From Actinomycetota bacterium (lineage in GTDB: Bacteria > Actinomycetota > Acidimicrobiia > Acidimicrobiales > Ilumatobacteraceae), in the NCBI GenBank assembly GCA_026393585.1, contig JAPKZV010000113.1, positions 1-54,651 on the forward strand: 54,651 nucleotides of DNA. Direction: 5' to 3'. Positions 36,183 through 46,613 of this stretch are shown piece after piece. The notes under the pieces are model-generated. The model had not been told where the DNA came from. It saw only the letters and a program-made list of their open reading frames with translations, and did not search any database. The position numbers and the translations under genes were made by a program. Position 1 is the first letter of the stretch, and each line of letters begins with the position of its first letter.

Positions 36183-37967
36183 ATGGATCTCTCTCGCATA
36201 CGCAACTTTTCAATTATTGCCCACATCGACCACGGTAAGTCCACCCTTTCCGACCGTATTTTGGAGCTCACCAATGCCGTTGAGGTGCGAGATATGCGCG
36301 CCCAATACCTCGACACCATGGATCTCGAGCGTGAGCGGGGCATCACCATTAAGGCCCAAAACGTGCGCGTCGACTGGAAAGGCTCGGTTTTACACCTCAT
36401 CGACACCCCTGGGCACGTCGACTTTGGTTACGAGGTCAGCCGGTCATTAGCCGCCTGTGAAGGCGTGGTCTTAGTGGTCGATGCGGCACAAGGCATTGAG
36501 GCACAAACCTTGGCCAACTGCTATCTCGCTTTAGAAAACGATCTAGAAATTGTTGCGGTCTTGAACAAGATCGACCTGCCTGCAGCCAACCCCGAGTACT
36601 ACGCCGATGAAATTGAACGAGTTCTGGGCATTCCGGCGGAAGATATTTTGCGCATTTCAGCCAAAACAGGTGAAGGCGTTCCCGATTTGCTCGATGCCAT
36701 CGTGGAGCGCATTCCACCGCCAACTGGTGACCCAACGTTGCCACTCCAAGCACTCATCTTCGATAGTCAATACGACCAATACCGCGGGGTAGTGAGCAGC
36801 ATCCGCGTCATGCAGGGCACGCTCGACGCCAAAGGCAAATTGTTGTTCATGCACGCAGGTGCAATTCACGAAGCAATAGAAATTGGTGTGCGCCGCCCAG
36901 TTCCTACTCCTGTTGCAGAACTTGGCCCCGGTGAAGTGGGTTATCTCATTGCCGGCATTAAAGACGTAGGTGAAGCACGAAGCGGTGAAACGGTTACTCG
37001 TTCGGGTGAACCTGCTGAAGAACCATTGCCTGGTTATAACAACCCGAAGCCAATGGTGTTTTGTGGTTTGTACCCCATCGACGGCGATGACTTTGAAAAC
37101 CTGCGCGACAGTTTGGAAAAACTCAAACTCAACGATGCGTCTATTACGTATGAACCAGAAAGCTCGGGCGCGCTCGGTTTTGGTTTCCGTTGCGGCTTCC
37201 TTGGCCTTTTGCACATGGAAATTGTGAAAGAGCGTTTAGAGCGCGAGTTCAACTTGGCTCTCATTGCTACCGCACCATCGGTGGAGTACCGCGTGCATAA
37301 AACCAATGGTGAAATTGAATTGGTCGACAACCCTGCTTCGCTGCCGCCAACGCAAAACATTGCACGCATTGAAGAGCCTTATTTCAAGGTGGGCATCATT
37401 ACGCCAAAGGACTACACCGGAACGCTGATGGAGTTGTGCCAGTCACGCCGTGGTGAAATGCTCAAAATTGAATACTTGTCACCCGATCGCGTGGAACTGA
37501 GTTATGCCATACCTCTCGCAGAAGTGGTGGTCGACTTCTTCGACCAGATGAAGAGCCGCTCACAGGGTTACGCCAGCCTCGACTACGAGCTCGACGGGTA
37601 CCGCGAGTCGCACTTGGTGAAAGTAGATCTCTTGCTCAACGGCATTGCTGCCGATGCTTTCAGCACCATTGTGCATCGCGACCGCGCCTTCGACTACGGG
37701 CGACGCATGTGCGAGAAGTTGAAAGAGCTCATTCCGCGCCAAATGTTCGATGTGCCCATTCAGGCAGCCATTGGCGGCAAGGTCATTTCTCGTGAAACAG
37801 TAAAAGCGAAGCGCAAAGACGTTTTGGCAAAGTGCTACGGCGGCGACATTACGCGTAAGCGCAAGTTGCTGGAGAAGCAAAAAGAAGGCAAGAAGAAAAT
37901 GAAGTCCATTGGTCGCGTTGAAGTGCCAGGAGATGTTTTCATTGCCGCATTGAAGCTCGACGATTGA
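36183..37967 (+). CDS. lepA: elongation factor 4 (LepA)
   Basis: 594-aa ORF with [25 protein letters not shown], and the LepA C-terminal domain. Confidence 0.95.
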   Translation: MDLSRIRNFSIIAHIDHGKSTLSDRILELTNAVEVRDMRAQYLDTMDLERERGITIKAQNVRVDWKGSVLHLIDTPGHVDFGYEVSRSLAACEGVVLVVDAAQGIEAQTLANCYLALENDLEIVAVLNKIDLPAANPEYYADEIERVLGIPAEDILRISAKTGEGVPDLLDAIVERIPPPTGDPTLPLQALIFDSQYDQYRGVVSSIRVMQGTLDAKGKLLFMHAGAIHEAIEIGVRRPVPTPVAELGPGEVGYLIAGIKDVGEARSGETVTRSGEPAEEPLPGYNNPKPMVFCGLYPIDGDDFENLRDSLEKLKLNDASITYEPESSGALGFGFRCGFLGLLHMEIVKERLEREFNLALIATAPSVEYRVHKTNGEIELVDNPASLPPTQNIARIEEPYFKVGIITPKDYTGTLMELCQSRRGEMLKIEYLSPDRVELSYAIPLAEVVVDFFDQMKSRSQGYASLDYELDGYRESHLVKVDLLLNGIAADAFSTIVHRDRAFDYGRRMCEKLKELIPRQMFDVPIQAAIGGKVISRETVKAKRKDVLAKCYGGDITRKRKLLEKQKEGKKKMKSIGRVEVPGDVFIAALKLDD

Positions 37968-37975
37968 GTACCCGC

Positions 37976-39193
37976 ATGGCCGATACTTTCCGTTCGCTCG
38001 AGACGCGTAATGCGAAACTCTTTTTCAGCGGCTTGCTCGTTAGCAATATCGGCACGTGGATGCAATTCACTGCATCGTCGTTACTCATTTATCGCCTCAC
38101 AGGTAAAGCAACCGACCTTGGGCTGAACGTCATGTTCCAGTTCTTGCCCATGTTGTTGCTGGGTGCGTGGGCAGGGGCGCTGTCTGATCGGTATAACCGT
38201 TTGCGTCTGACGTTGTTCACACAAAGTGGGCTAGCGCTGCAGGCATTTGCTCTTGGCATCCTCGATCTCACCAACAACATTTCGCTGCCGGCGGTGTATG
38301 TCTTGTCGCTCATCTTGGGAGTAGTGAACGCATTCGATAACCCAGCTCGTCGCGGTCTAGTAATTGAACTTGTAGAACCAAAAAACATCAGTAATGCGGT
38401 GTCGCTGAACACGGCAGCAATGACCGGCTCGCGCATCTTTGGGCAAGCACTCGCCACGCTTTTGGTTGGCCCGTGCGGCACGGGCTGGTTGTTTATCTTC
38501 AATGGCATTTCATTCGCCGCCATTTTGTTCAGCATCATGTCGATGGATAAGTCACAGTTGTACCCAGCTCCGCGCTCGGCACCAGGAGGAAAGCCGGTGC
38601 GTGAAGCGCTGTCGTACATTCGCCAAGATCAGTCGTTGTTCGCTGTGTTCATTGTTATCACCATCGTGAGTACGTTCGCTTTCAACTACAGCGTGGTGTT
38701 GCCAAAACTGGCCGACCAGCGTTGGGGGAGCGATTCAGGTTTTGGTTGGCTCCTTGCCATGGTGAGCGTGGGCAGTTTGTTGGGCAGTCTTTTCACTGCC
38801 GGCCGCGCAGTGGTAACCGTGCGTTATTTCGCGGTGGGTTGTGTTGTGCTTGCAGTAGGTAACATCGCTGTGGCGTGGTCACCAAATTTATGGTGTGCAT
38901 TTATTGCCGCAGTTCCTCTTGGTGCAGGTGGCGCGATGTTTATTTCCGGGGCCAACTCAATTAGCCAGGTGCAAGCACCTGCCGATATGCGTGGGCGTAT
39001 TTTGTCACTCACCGCTGTTGCGTTTTTGGGGTCCACTCCCATTGGCGGGCCTATTACGGGCTGGGTAGCCGACCACGTGAGCATTGAATGGGCCTTGGGT
39101 TATGGCGGTGTCATTTCCCTTGCCAGTGTGTTGGTGCTCTATGTGATGCTCTCTGCGAAAAAGGAAGAACCCCAACAGGAAGTGGCGGTGTAA
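37976..39193 (+). CDS. MFS transporter
   Basis: The ORF 37964..39193 has about 12 hydrophobic segments and N-terminal FRSLETRNAKLFFSGLLVSNIGTWMQ. I prefer the ATG at 37976; the TTG at 37964 is an alternative. Confidence 0.8.
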   Translation: MADTFRSLETRNAKLFFSGLLVSNIGTWMQFTASSLLIYRLTGKATDLGLNVMFQFLPMLLLGAWAGALSDRYNRLRLTLFTQSGLALQAFALGILDLTNNISLPAVYVLSLILGVVNAFDNPARRGLVIELVEPKNISNAVSLNTAAMTGSRIFGQALATLLVGPCGTGWLFIFNGISFAAILFSIMSMDKSQLYPAPRSAPGGKPVREALSYIRQDQSLFAVFIVITIVSTFAFNYSVVLPKLADQRWGSDSGFGWLLAMVSVGSLLGSLFTAGRAVVTVRYFAVGCVVLAVGNIAVAWSPNLWCAFIAAVPLGAGGAMFISGANSISQVQAPADMRGRILSLTAVAFLGSTPIGGPITGWVADHVSIEWALGYGGVISLASVLVLYVMLSAKKEEPQQEVAV

Positions 39194-40536
39194 TGCGTTC
39201 AGTGATGTGGTTTCGGCGCGATCTGCGCGTGCACGACAATGAAGCACTGGGTGCTGCATGCAGTGAAAAGGAATGTGTTCCGCTGTTCGTGCTCGACCCC
39301 ATTTTTCTCGAGCGTTCAGGGCTGCCACGTTTAACGTTTCTCTTCGAGGCGCTCACAGCGCTCAATGAGTCGTTGGGTGGCTCCCTCGTTATTCGCATTG
39401 GTAACCCCGTTGAAGTAGTGCCAGCTTTTGCCGCCGAAGTGAACGCGCAAACAGTTTTTGTTGCGAAAGATTTTGCACCATATGGGCGCAAGCGCGACAT
39501 AGAAGTAGCTTCGGCTTTGCGTAGTGGTGGAATGACCTTGCGCGGTGTGGGCAGCCCCTATTGCGTTGATCCCGGAACCGTGCGCAAAGACGACGGCAAC
39601 CCGTACGCAGTGTTCACTCCCTTTTCCAAGAGGTGGGCAGGGCACTTGCGGCCACACGAAGAAAGCGATGCTGTTTTCTCTTCTGTCGTGCCCGCAGGAA
39701 TAGTGCCAACAACTGCCTTACCGTCGTTGCCCCAGTGCACTGCCGTATTGCCTGTCGCTACCGAGAAAGCTGCTCACGATCGCTGGGCATGGTTTTTAGC
39801 AGAAGCGGCTGGTTCGTATAGCGAGCAACGCAACTTGCCAGCGGTTGATGGTTCTTCACGGTTGTCTGCCTATTTGCGTTTTGGTCTTGTGCACCCACAA
39901 CAACTCATTGCCGATCTTGGCGACTCGCCAAGCCATCTGGTGTATCGCAGCGAGTTGGCATGGCGTGAGTTTTATGCCGATGTTCTGTTCCATCAGCCAC
40001 ACACCGCGTGGAATAACTTGCAGTCGAAGATGGACAAAATTTCGCTCGATACCGATGCTCGCGCCAAAGAGCGCTTTGCTGCGTGGTGTGCTGGTCAAAC
40101 TGGGTACCCCATTGTCGACGCTGGCATGCGTCAGTTGCTTGCAACAGGTTGGATGCACAACCGCGTGCGCATGATTGTGGCGAGCTTCCTCGTGAAAGAT
40201 CTCCACTTGCCATGGCAGTGGGGTGCACAACATTTCATGAAGCATCTTGTGGACGGCGATATTGCATCGAACAATCACGGTTGGCAGTGGAGTGCAGGAA
40301 GCGGCACCGACGCCGCACCGTATTTCCGTATTTTCAACCCGCAAAGTCAGTCGGAAAAGTTCGACCCCACTGGCGCGTACATCAGAAAATATGTTGACGA
40401 ACTCGCCGACCTCGAGGGCAAAACCATTCATGTGCCGGGGGCTGATGGGCGAGCCACATATGCCGCGCCAATGGTGAACCACTCAGCAGAACGTGAAGAA
40501 AGCCTTTCTCGCTACAAGGCCGTATCGGGCAAGTAA
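39193..40536 (+). CDS. phr: deoxyribodipyrimidine photolyase / cryptochrome family protein
   Basis: The ATG at 39193 gives MRSVMWFRRDLRVHDNEAL. It also has SRLSAYLRFG, TGYPIVDAGMRQL..TGWMHNRVRM, and GWQWSAGSGTDAAPYFRIFNP. Confidence 0.9.
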   Translation: MRSVMWFRRDLRVHDNEALGAACSEKECVPLFVLDPIFLERSGLPRLTFLFEALTALNESLGGSLVIRIGNPVEVVPAFAAEVNAQTVFVAKDFAPYGRKRDIEVASALRSGGMTLRGVGSPYCVDPGTVRKDDGNPYAVFTPFSKRWAGHLRPHEESDAVFSSVVPAGIVPTTALPSLPQCTAVLPVATEKAAHDRWAWFLAEAAGSYSEQRNLPAVDGSSRLSAYLRFGLVHPQQLIADLGDSPSHLVYRSELAWREFYADVLFHQPHTAWNNLQSKMDKISLDTDARAKERFAAWCAGQTGYPIVDAGMRQLLATGWMHNRVRMIVASFLVKDLHLPWQWGAQHFMKHLVDGDIASNNHGWQWSAGSGTDAAPYFRIFNPQSQSEKFDPTGAYIRKYVDELADLEGKTIHVPGADGRATYAAPMVNHSAEREESLSRYKAVSGK

Positions 40537-40548
40537 CCTAGAAGCCAC

Positions 40549-41565
40549 ATGCTTGACGAGAGAAAAACCGCCATTCTCCGCGCCGTAGTGCAGGAATATA
40601 TCGCTACCGGGCAACCGGTGGGTTCAGCGCATATTGCACACACTGCAGGTGTATCGGTGTCGTCGGCAACTGTGCGCAACGACATGTCGATGCTCGAACA
40701 AGAGGGCTACTTGGTGCAGCCACACACCTCGGCTGGGCGTATACCTACCGACAAGGGTTACCGGTTTTTTGTCGACACTTTGGTTACCACTGCTCAAGCA
40801 GAGCGTGTTACTTCTGAGCAAGTAGGAAGCTTCTTTCACCACTCCACTGGCCGCGTGGAAGAACTCTTGCAAAAAACTTCAGGCTTGCTCACCAACATGA
40901 CCAACTACGCAGCGTTGGTGGTTGGCCCCGCTGCCGACGTTGCCACTGTACGCAGTGTGCAAATTGTGCGACTCTCGTTGCACATGGGAACAGTTGTTGT
41001 GGTGCTGTCGAGCGGTGTGGTGCAAAGCGAAGCTATTGACCTCGACGATCAGCTTTCCGACGCCCAAGTTGCAGCAGCGAGTGCACACTTAAATGCAGCA
41101 ACCTATGGTCACGTGTTCAATCAGGTGCACCTTGCGCCAAGTGGTGATGCCAAAGTCGATGCCTTGTGCTCGTCTGCGCTGTCACTTCTCGTTCCTCACC
41201 AAAGCGATGCAAACGTCATTGTGGGTGGAGCAGCGGCAATGGCTCAAGCCTTCGACGCGGTCGACGTAGTGCGATCGGTATTGCAAACACTGGAACAGCA
41301 ATACGTTGTGGTGTCTCTTGTGCGTGATGTGCTCGACCGAGGTTTGTCGGTAGCTATTGGTAGCGAACATGGAGTAGAGCCATTGGCAGCTTGCTCGGTT
41401 GTTGTTGCACCAGTCATGGCCGATGGTGAAAAACTAGGAACCGTTGGGGTGCTTGGCCCCACGCGAATGAATTACCCGCAAGCATTGGCAACAGTTGAAG
41501 CAGTAAGCACACAATTGGGTCGTCGACTTGCAGATGGAAATTATGGAGCAGTAAGCAATGGCTAG
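40549..41565 (+). CDS. hrcA: heat-inducible transcription repressor HrcA
   Basis: 338-aa ORF with RKTAILRAVVQEYI.TGQPVGS and SSATVRNDMS.LE..G. Confidence 0.9.
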   Translation: MLDERKTAILRAVVQEYIATGQPVGSAHIAHTAGVSVSSATVRNDMSMLEQEGYLVQPHTSAGRIPTDKGYRFFVDTLVTTAQAERVTSEQVGSFFHHSTGRVEELLQKTSGLLTNMTNYAALVVGPAADVATVRSVQIVRLSLHMGTVVVVLSSGVVQSEAIDLDDQLSDAQVAAASAHLNAATYGHVFNQVHLAPSGDAKVDALCSSALSLLVPHQSDANVIVGGAAAMAQAFDAVDVVRSVLQTLEQQYVVVSLVRDVLDRGLSVAIGSEHGVEPLAACSVVVAPVMADGEKLGTVGVLGPTRMNYPQALATVEAVSTQLGRRLADGNYGAVSNG

Positions 41566-42703
41566 TGATTTTTACGACATCCTCGAAGTAGGCCGCGGCG
41601 CATCGGCCGAGGAACTCAAAAAGGCGTATCGCAAGCGTGCTCGTGAATTGCATCCCGATGCCAACCCCGACGATCCAACTGCAGAAAACAAGTTCAAAGA
41701 ACTCAGTCGCGCTTATGAGGTGCTCTCTGACCCACAACAACGTGCTCAGTACGATCGTTTCGGCGAGGCTGGCGTTGGTGGCGGCGGTGGCGGTGGCGAC
41801 CCCTTTAGTGGTGGCGGCCTTGGCGACATTTTCGAAGCATTCTTCGGCGGTAATTCACCCTTTGGTGGCGGTGGAAATGGCTTTGGTGGACGCGGGCAAA
41901 GTGCCGGCCCACCACGTGGGCAAGACCTTGAAGTCATTGCCGATCTCACCTTTGAACAAGCAGTGTTCGGCGGAACCGTGCCCGTTACTTTGCGCACTGC
42001 TTTGCGCTGTGACGACTGCTCGGGGTCAGGTGCGGGGTCGGGCACAAAGCCTGTTACGTGTTCCGATTGCGATGGTGCTGGCCAAGTGCGTCGCGTGCGA
42101 CAGAGCTTGTTGGGCCAAATGGTGTCGGCTTCGCCGTGCCAACGGTGCAGTGGCATTGGTCAAGTGGTGTCTACGCCATGCACTGCTTGCAAGGGTGATG
42201 GTCGCATCGTAGAAAACGCTACGTATCAAATTGATGTTCCGGGTGGTGTCGACACCGGTGCAACACTGCGCCTCAATGGCCGCGGTGCAGTTGGCCCACG
42301 TGGTGGTGCTGCTGGCGACCTCTACGTGCATATTCGTGTTGCTGCACACGCAACCTTGCAGCGCGATGAGTACGACCTCATTGCAGTGCAAAATTTAGGT
42401 ATTGCTACAGCAACCCTGGGCACAACAGTCAACATTGAAACTCTCGATGGCACAGAAGAAGTCACCATTCCTCACGGCACACAACACGGTCAAGAGTTTG
42501 TGTTGCGTGGGCGCGGAGTAACGCATCTCAACTCGGGTGGCAAGCGTCGTGGCGACCTGCGCATCATTGTGCAAATTGAAATACCCACCAAGTTGACCGA
42601 TGAAGAAGACGCGTTGTTACGCAAGTTTGCAGAGCTCCGTGGAGAAACAGTGAAAGACCATGAAAAGGGTCTGAAGTCGAAGTTGAAATCGGCGTTTTCG
42701 TGA
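41558..42703 (+). CDS. dnaJ: molecular chaperone DnaJ
   Basis: 381-aa ORF with a J domain (HPD), a G/F-rich region, and four CxxCxGxG zinc-finger repeats. Confidence 0.95.
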   Translation: MASDFYDILEVGRGASAEELKKAYRKRARELHPDANPDDPTAENKFKELSRAYEVLSDPQQRAQYDRFGEAGVGGGGGGGDPFSGGGLGDIFEAFFGGNSPFGGGGNGFGGRGQSAGPPRGQDLEVIADLTFEQAVFGGTVPVTLRTALRCDDCSGSGAGSGTKPVTCSDCDGAGQVRRVRQSLLGQMVSASPCQRCSGIGQVVSTPCTACKGDGRIVENATYQIDVPGGVDTGATLRLNGRGAVGPRGGAAGDLYVHIRVAAHATLQRDEYDLIAVQNLGIATATLGTTVNIETLDGTEEVTIPHGTQHGQEFVLRGRGVTHLNSGGKRRGDLRIIVQIEIPTKLTDEEDALLRKFAELRGETVKDHEKGLKSKLKSAFS

Positions 42704-43374
42704 ACCCACTGCTACGCAATTCTGCTGCGCACCTTGTTCTCGACAACATCACCACTATTTCTCTCACCGATACCGATGCACACCATCTCTTTCGAGTGCT
42801 GCGCTTGCGCGACGGCCAAAGCGTGACCGCAACCGATGGCGCGGGGCGTTGGAGACAATGCCGCGTGGTGGGTCGTGATGCCATAGAAATCTCTGGCGAT
42901 GTTGTGGTGGAGAACCCCAAGAGTTCGTCTATTGGTATTGCGTTTGTTCCGGTGAAAGCAGAAAAACCAGAAGCAACAGTTCGTCAACTTGTGGAAGTAG
43001 GCGTAGACACAATTGACGTGTTGCTCCCTACCAAGCGTGCTGTTGCCGGTACTCGCGACCGTTTGCACGACCGTATTCACACCATTGTTCGTGAGGCGTG
43101 CATGCAGAGCCGTCGTATTTTTGTGCCCCAAGTAAATGTGGGTGTCGACCTCGCTGAAGTACTGGGCCGAACAGGGGTCGCCGTAGCCGACCCTGAGGGT
43201 GGCCCATTGAGCACAGAACAGCAATACATCGTTGTCGGCCCCGAAGGCGGCTTTGACCCGTTAGAAGTGCCAGAAACCATTGCAAAAGTCTCCATTGGCC
43301 CCGTGGTGATGCGGGCAGAAACTGCCGCCTTGGTGGCAGGTGCACGTTTAGTAGCTCTGCACGAACGACAATAG
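42700..43374 (+). CDS. rsmE: 16S rRNA (uracil1498-N3)-methyltransferase RsmE
   Basis: 224-aa ORF with HHLFRVLRLRDG, VGPEGGF, and MRAETAAL. It sits in the conserved position after dnaJ. Confidence 0.8.
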   Translation: MNPLLRNSAAHLVLDNITTISLTDTDAHHLFRVLRLRDGQSVTATDGAGRWRQCRVVGRDAIEISGDVVVENPKSSSIGIAFVPVKAEKPEATVRQLVEVGVDTIDVLLPTKRAVAGTRDRLHDRIHTIVREACMQSRRIFVPQVNVGVDLAEVLGRTGVAVADPEGGPLSTEQQYIVVGPEGGFDPLEVPETIAKVSIGPVVMRAETAALVAGARLVALHERQ

Positions 43375-43378
43375 AGAC

Positions 43379-43906
43379 GTGACAAAGTCAGACGACGAAG
43401 AATTCAACACCGACGAGAGCCCGTACAACACCCTCGTCGGCGAACGTTTGCGCAATATCCGTAAACAAAAAAAGATGTCGTTACAAGAAGTAGAAGCAAC
43501 CTCAAACAATGAGTTCAAAGCATCGGTGCTTGGTGCATACGAGCGCGGTGAGCGTGCTTTGTCGGTGCCACGCATGGAACGCCTGGCACGTTTCTACGGG
43601 GTGTCAATCGATCAGTTATTGCCACGCGATGCAATGCGCGTAGAAGGTCAACAACCCGAAGCTTCTGGGCCAACAAAAATTCGTATCGACGTGGCTAAGT
43701 TGTCCACCTTTCCCGAGCCCAAGTTTCAAATGCTCGAACGCCTCTTGCGCATGATCCAAGTACAGCGTCAAGACTTCAACGGCAAGGTCATTACCGTGCG
43801 TGCTCACGACACACGAGCCATTTCGGTCATCCTCGACGTGAGCGTTGAAGAAGTAGGCGACCACTTAGCCGAACTTGGCCTCATCTTCGTACCGCCGAAT
43901 CAATAG
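43379..43906 (+). CDS. XRE-family helix-turn-helix transcriptional regulator with an uncharacterised C-terminal domain
   Basis: 175-aa ORF. The HTH is VGERLRNIRKQKKMSLQEVEA....ASVLGAYERGERALS. The C-terminal ~90 aa were not assigned. Confidence 0.7.
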   Translation: MTKSDDEEFNTDESPYNTLVGERLRNIRKQKKMSLQEVEATSNNEFKASVLGAYERGERALSVPRMERLARFYGVSIDQLLPRDAMRVEGQQPEASGPTKIRIDVAKLSTFPEPKFQMLERLLRMIQVQRQDFNGKVITVRAHDTRAISVILDVSVEEVGDHLAELGLIFVPPNQ

Positions 43907-43920
43907 TTGACTTCTCTCTC

Positions 43921-44982
43921 ATGTTTGGCGCGTACATTCACATTCCGTTTTGTTCAAAACGATGTGACTACTGTGCTTTTGCCACCTGGGACAACAAAGG
44001 CGACTTGCGCGACGCCTACATGGAAGCTTTGCTACGTGAAGTAGAAGAGGCAAACGCCGAAGGGCTTCCACTTCTCGACACCATTTTCGTTGGGGGAGGC
44101 ACGCCGTCACTCGTGCCACCAGAATTATTGGCAAAGGTCATTCAAACTCTTCGCATTAACAACAACGCCGAAGTCACCGTTGAGTGCAACCCCGACAACG
44201 TGACCGAGCAGTTACTCGCGATCTACAAAGAAGCAGGAGTGAACCGCATCAGCCTGGGTGTGCAATCAATGGTGCCTCATGTGTTGCAGTCACTCGGCCG
44301 TGAGCACCAACCAGAAAATGTGGTGCGAGCAGTGGAAGCAATTCGTGCAGTGGGCTTTACCTCTTTCAACATGGACCTCATTTACGGCGCGCATGGTGAA
44401 TCGGTTGAAGATTGGGTGCACACAGTGGAAACTGCACTTGCGTTGAAGCCTCCACACATCTCTGCATATGGTCTCACCGTCGAGCCGGGTACTCCACTTG
44501 CCGACGATGCTGCACGGCACCCAGACGATGACGACCAGGCCGATAAGTACCCCATTGTCGATGAGATGTTGGAACGTGCTGGTTTGCACAGCTATGAAAT
44601 TTCTAACTGGGCAATGACCGGCCATGAAAGCGCACACAATCGTTTGTATTGGGCGCAAAGTAATTACCGCGGCTTTGGTTGCGCTGCTCATTCACATGAA
44701 AATGGTCGCCGGTGGTGGAACGTTCGCACGCCAGAGCGCTATATCGAACTGGTACGTGAAGGTAAATCGGTAGAAAATGCCAGTGAAACGCTTTCTGAAG
44801 TACAAATGAAAGAAGAACGTGTGCAACTTGCCATTCGCCGTCGCGAAGGTGTTGCACTATCCGATCTACCGCACGAAATCCCCGATGAATTAACGGGTTT
44901 AGTAAATGTGGTGGGTGAAAACCTCGTGCTCACCAAAGAAGGACGCTTGCTCGCAAATGAAGTAACCATTCGACTTTTGTAG
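43921..44982 (+). CDS. hemW: radical SAM heme chaperone HemW (HemN-like, oxygen-independent coproporphyrinogen oxidase family)
   Basis: 353-aa ORF with YIHIPFCSKRCDYCAF (CxxxCxxC) and GGGTPS. Confidence 0.85.
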   Translation: MFGAYIHIPFCSKRCDYCAFATWDNKGDLRDAYMEALLREVEEANAEGLPLLDTIFVGGGTPSLVPPELLAKVIQTLRINNNAEVTVECNPDNVTEQLLAIYKEAGVNRISLGVQSMVPHVLQSLGREHQPENVVRAVEAIRAVGFTSFNMDLIYGAHGESVEDWVHTVETALALKPPHISAYGLTVEPGTPLADDAARHPDDDDQADKYPIVDEMLERAGLHSYEISNWAMTGHESAHNRLYWAQSNYRGFGCAAHSHENGRRWWNVRTPERYIELVREGKSVENASETLSEVQMKEERVQLAIRRREGVALSDLPHEIPDELTGLVNVVGENLVLTKEGRLLANEVTIRLL

Positions 44983-44994
44983 TGGAATGGTGGC

Positions 44995-45462
44995 ATGACC
45001 ATTTATTTAGTACGCCACGCAAAAGCTGGCAGTAGAAAAAACTGGGATGACGACGACACGCAGCGCCCACTCGTTGAGTCGGGCTGGGAACAAGCACGGT
45101 TGCTCGTACAGAAATTCGAGAACGTTGAAGTCACTCGACTCATCTCGAGTCCGTACATGCGTTGCCAACAAACATTGCAGCCACTTGCTGAAGCGCGTGG
45201 TCTTATAGTTGAAGTTGACGAACGTCTTGCGGAAAATACAAGCAGAGACATTGTTGCTGAGCTGCTCAACACCGTTGACGAAGGAACAGTGTTGTGCAGT
45301 CATGGCGATGTGATTCCCGACGTATTGGGCCTCTTTGAACGTCACGGCATGACGCTGCTCTCGTGGTGCGATACGCGTAAAGGGGCAACGGCCCTCTTGG
45401 AAAAAGCCGATGGGGTCTTTTCCGCCGTGGATTTCTGGGCTCCGCCTTCTGAAAAAGACTAG
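44995..45462 (+). CDS. histidine phosphatase family protein (SixA-like)
   Basis: 155-aa ORF with the IYLVRHAKAG (RHG-type) motif and SHGDV. Confidence 0.75.
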   Translation: MTIYLVRHAKAGSRKNWDDDDTQRPLVESGWEQARLLVQKFENVEVTRLISSPYMRCQQTLQPLAEARGLIVEVDERLAENTSRDIVAELLNTVDEGTVLCSHGDVIPDVLGLFERHGMTLLSWCDTRKGATALLEKADGVFSAVDFWAPPSEKD

Positions 45463-45467
45463 GAAAG

Positions 45468-45495
45468 TTGCCCGAGGGCACAGTGGCGATACAAT
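45468..45495 (+). promoter_or_regulatory. candidate promoter for tRNA-Val
   Basis: TTGCCC (45468-45473), 16-nt spacer, TACAAT (45490-45495), 12 nt before the tRNA 5' end. This is a pattern match only. Confidence 0.35.
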
Positions 45496-45507
45496 TTCAA
45501 TGCCTTA

Positions 45508-45581
<74 letters not shown>

Positions 45582-45594
45582 CTAGTTGTGTGTA

Positions 45595-46587
45595 TCAGCG
45601 TGCGCTGTCGCCAAAGCGATATTCGTGAGTCAAGACATCAAGACGCTGGGTGAGTTCTGCACTGAGTGGCGTACGAACCGCGTTAACCGCATCAACAAGC
45701 TGCTCTGGCTTACTTGCTCCAATAATTGGTGAAGTAATAGTGGGGCGAGTGAACTGCCAGGCAATGGCAAGTTGGGCCACGGTCATGTCGGCTTCGGCCG
45801 CAATGCCACGCAGGGCTTCGAGGGTGGCAAACATCTGGTCTTGCCAGTAGCGCTCTTGGTAACGCTCTGCAGTGCCGCCACCAATGGTGAAGCGAGTGTC
45901 TGCTGTTGGGGCGCCCTTTTGGTGTTTGCCAGTGAGGAAGCCGCCAGCAAGTGGGTTGTACGGAATGACTGCGAGACCTTGTTCGGCACAGAGTGGAAGA
46001 AGCTCACGCTCATTTTCGCGGAACAGCATGTTGTAGCGCGGCTGCACGCTGGCAAAGCGTTCCCATTTGTTCACATCGCTACGGCCAAGGGCGGTGGCAA
46101 GTTGATATGCCAAATAGTTTGAGCAACCGATGTAACGCACTTTGCCTGAACGTACAAGGTCGTCTAACGCGCTGAGCGATTCATCGTGGCTCACGCGGTC
46201 GTCGTAGAAGTGCAATTGATAAACGTCGATGTAGTCGGTCTTTAAGCGGCGGAGCGACTCTTCTGCGGCGCGAATGATGTTCTTGCGCGAGTTGCCTTGG
46301 TCCCATTTGTTGGGGCCTGTGGGCGCGTAGCACTTGGTGGCCAAAATGAAGTTGCCGCGTTGGCCGGTGAGCCAGCGACCCAGAATCTCTTCGGTGGCGC
46401 CGTAACCGCTGGTCATGTCACCAATGGGGTAGACGTCGGCGGTGTCGATGAAGGTGAAGCCGTGGTCTTTGGCTGCATTCAAGATGGAAACTGATTGTTC
46501 CTCATTGCACTGATATCCGAATGTCATTGTGCCGAGGCACAATTTCGACACTTGCATTCCTGTTTTGCCAAATCTCACATGTTCCAT
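45595..46587 (-). CDS. aldo/keto reductase
   Basis: 330-aa ORF with LGTMTFG, FIDTADVY, GNFILATK, and VRYIGCSN. Confidence 0.85.
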   Translation of the reverse strand: MEHVRFGKTGMQVSKLCLGTMTFGYQCNEEQSVSILNAAKDHGFTFIDTADVYPIGDMTSGYGATEEILGRWLTGQRGNFILATKCYAPTGPNKWDQGNSRKNIIRAAEESLRRLKTDYIDVYQLHFYDDRVSHDESLSALDDLVRSGKVRYIGCSNYLAYQLATALGRSDVNKWERFASVQPRYNMLFRENERELLPLCAEQGLAVIPYNPLAGGFLTGKHQKGAPTADTRFTIGGGTAERYQERYWQDQMFATLEALRGIAAEADMTVAQLAIAWQFTRPTITSPIIGASKPEQLVDAVNAVRTPLSAELTQRLDVLTHEYRFGDSAR

Positions 46588-46613
46588 GGCTATGTACCGT
46601 AGCCTCGTTCACT

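Noticed and set aside
40480-40560. Expected CIRCE operator (TTAGCACTC-N9-GAGTGCTAA) or an own promoter upstream of hrcA
   Set aside because: Reading by eye, I did not see a CIRCE-like inverted repeat in the 12-nt spacer or the adjacent phr 3' end. This is absence of evidence only; a motif scan would be needed.
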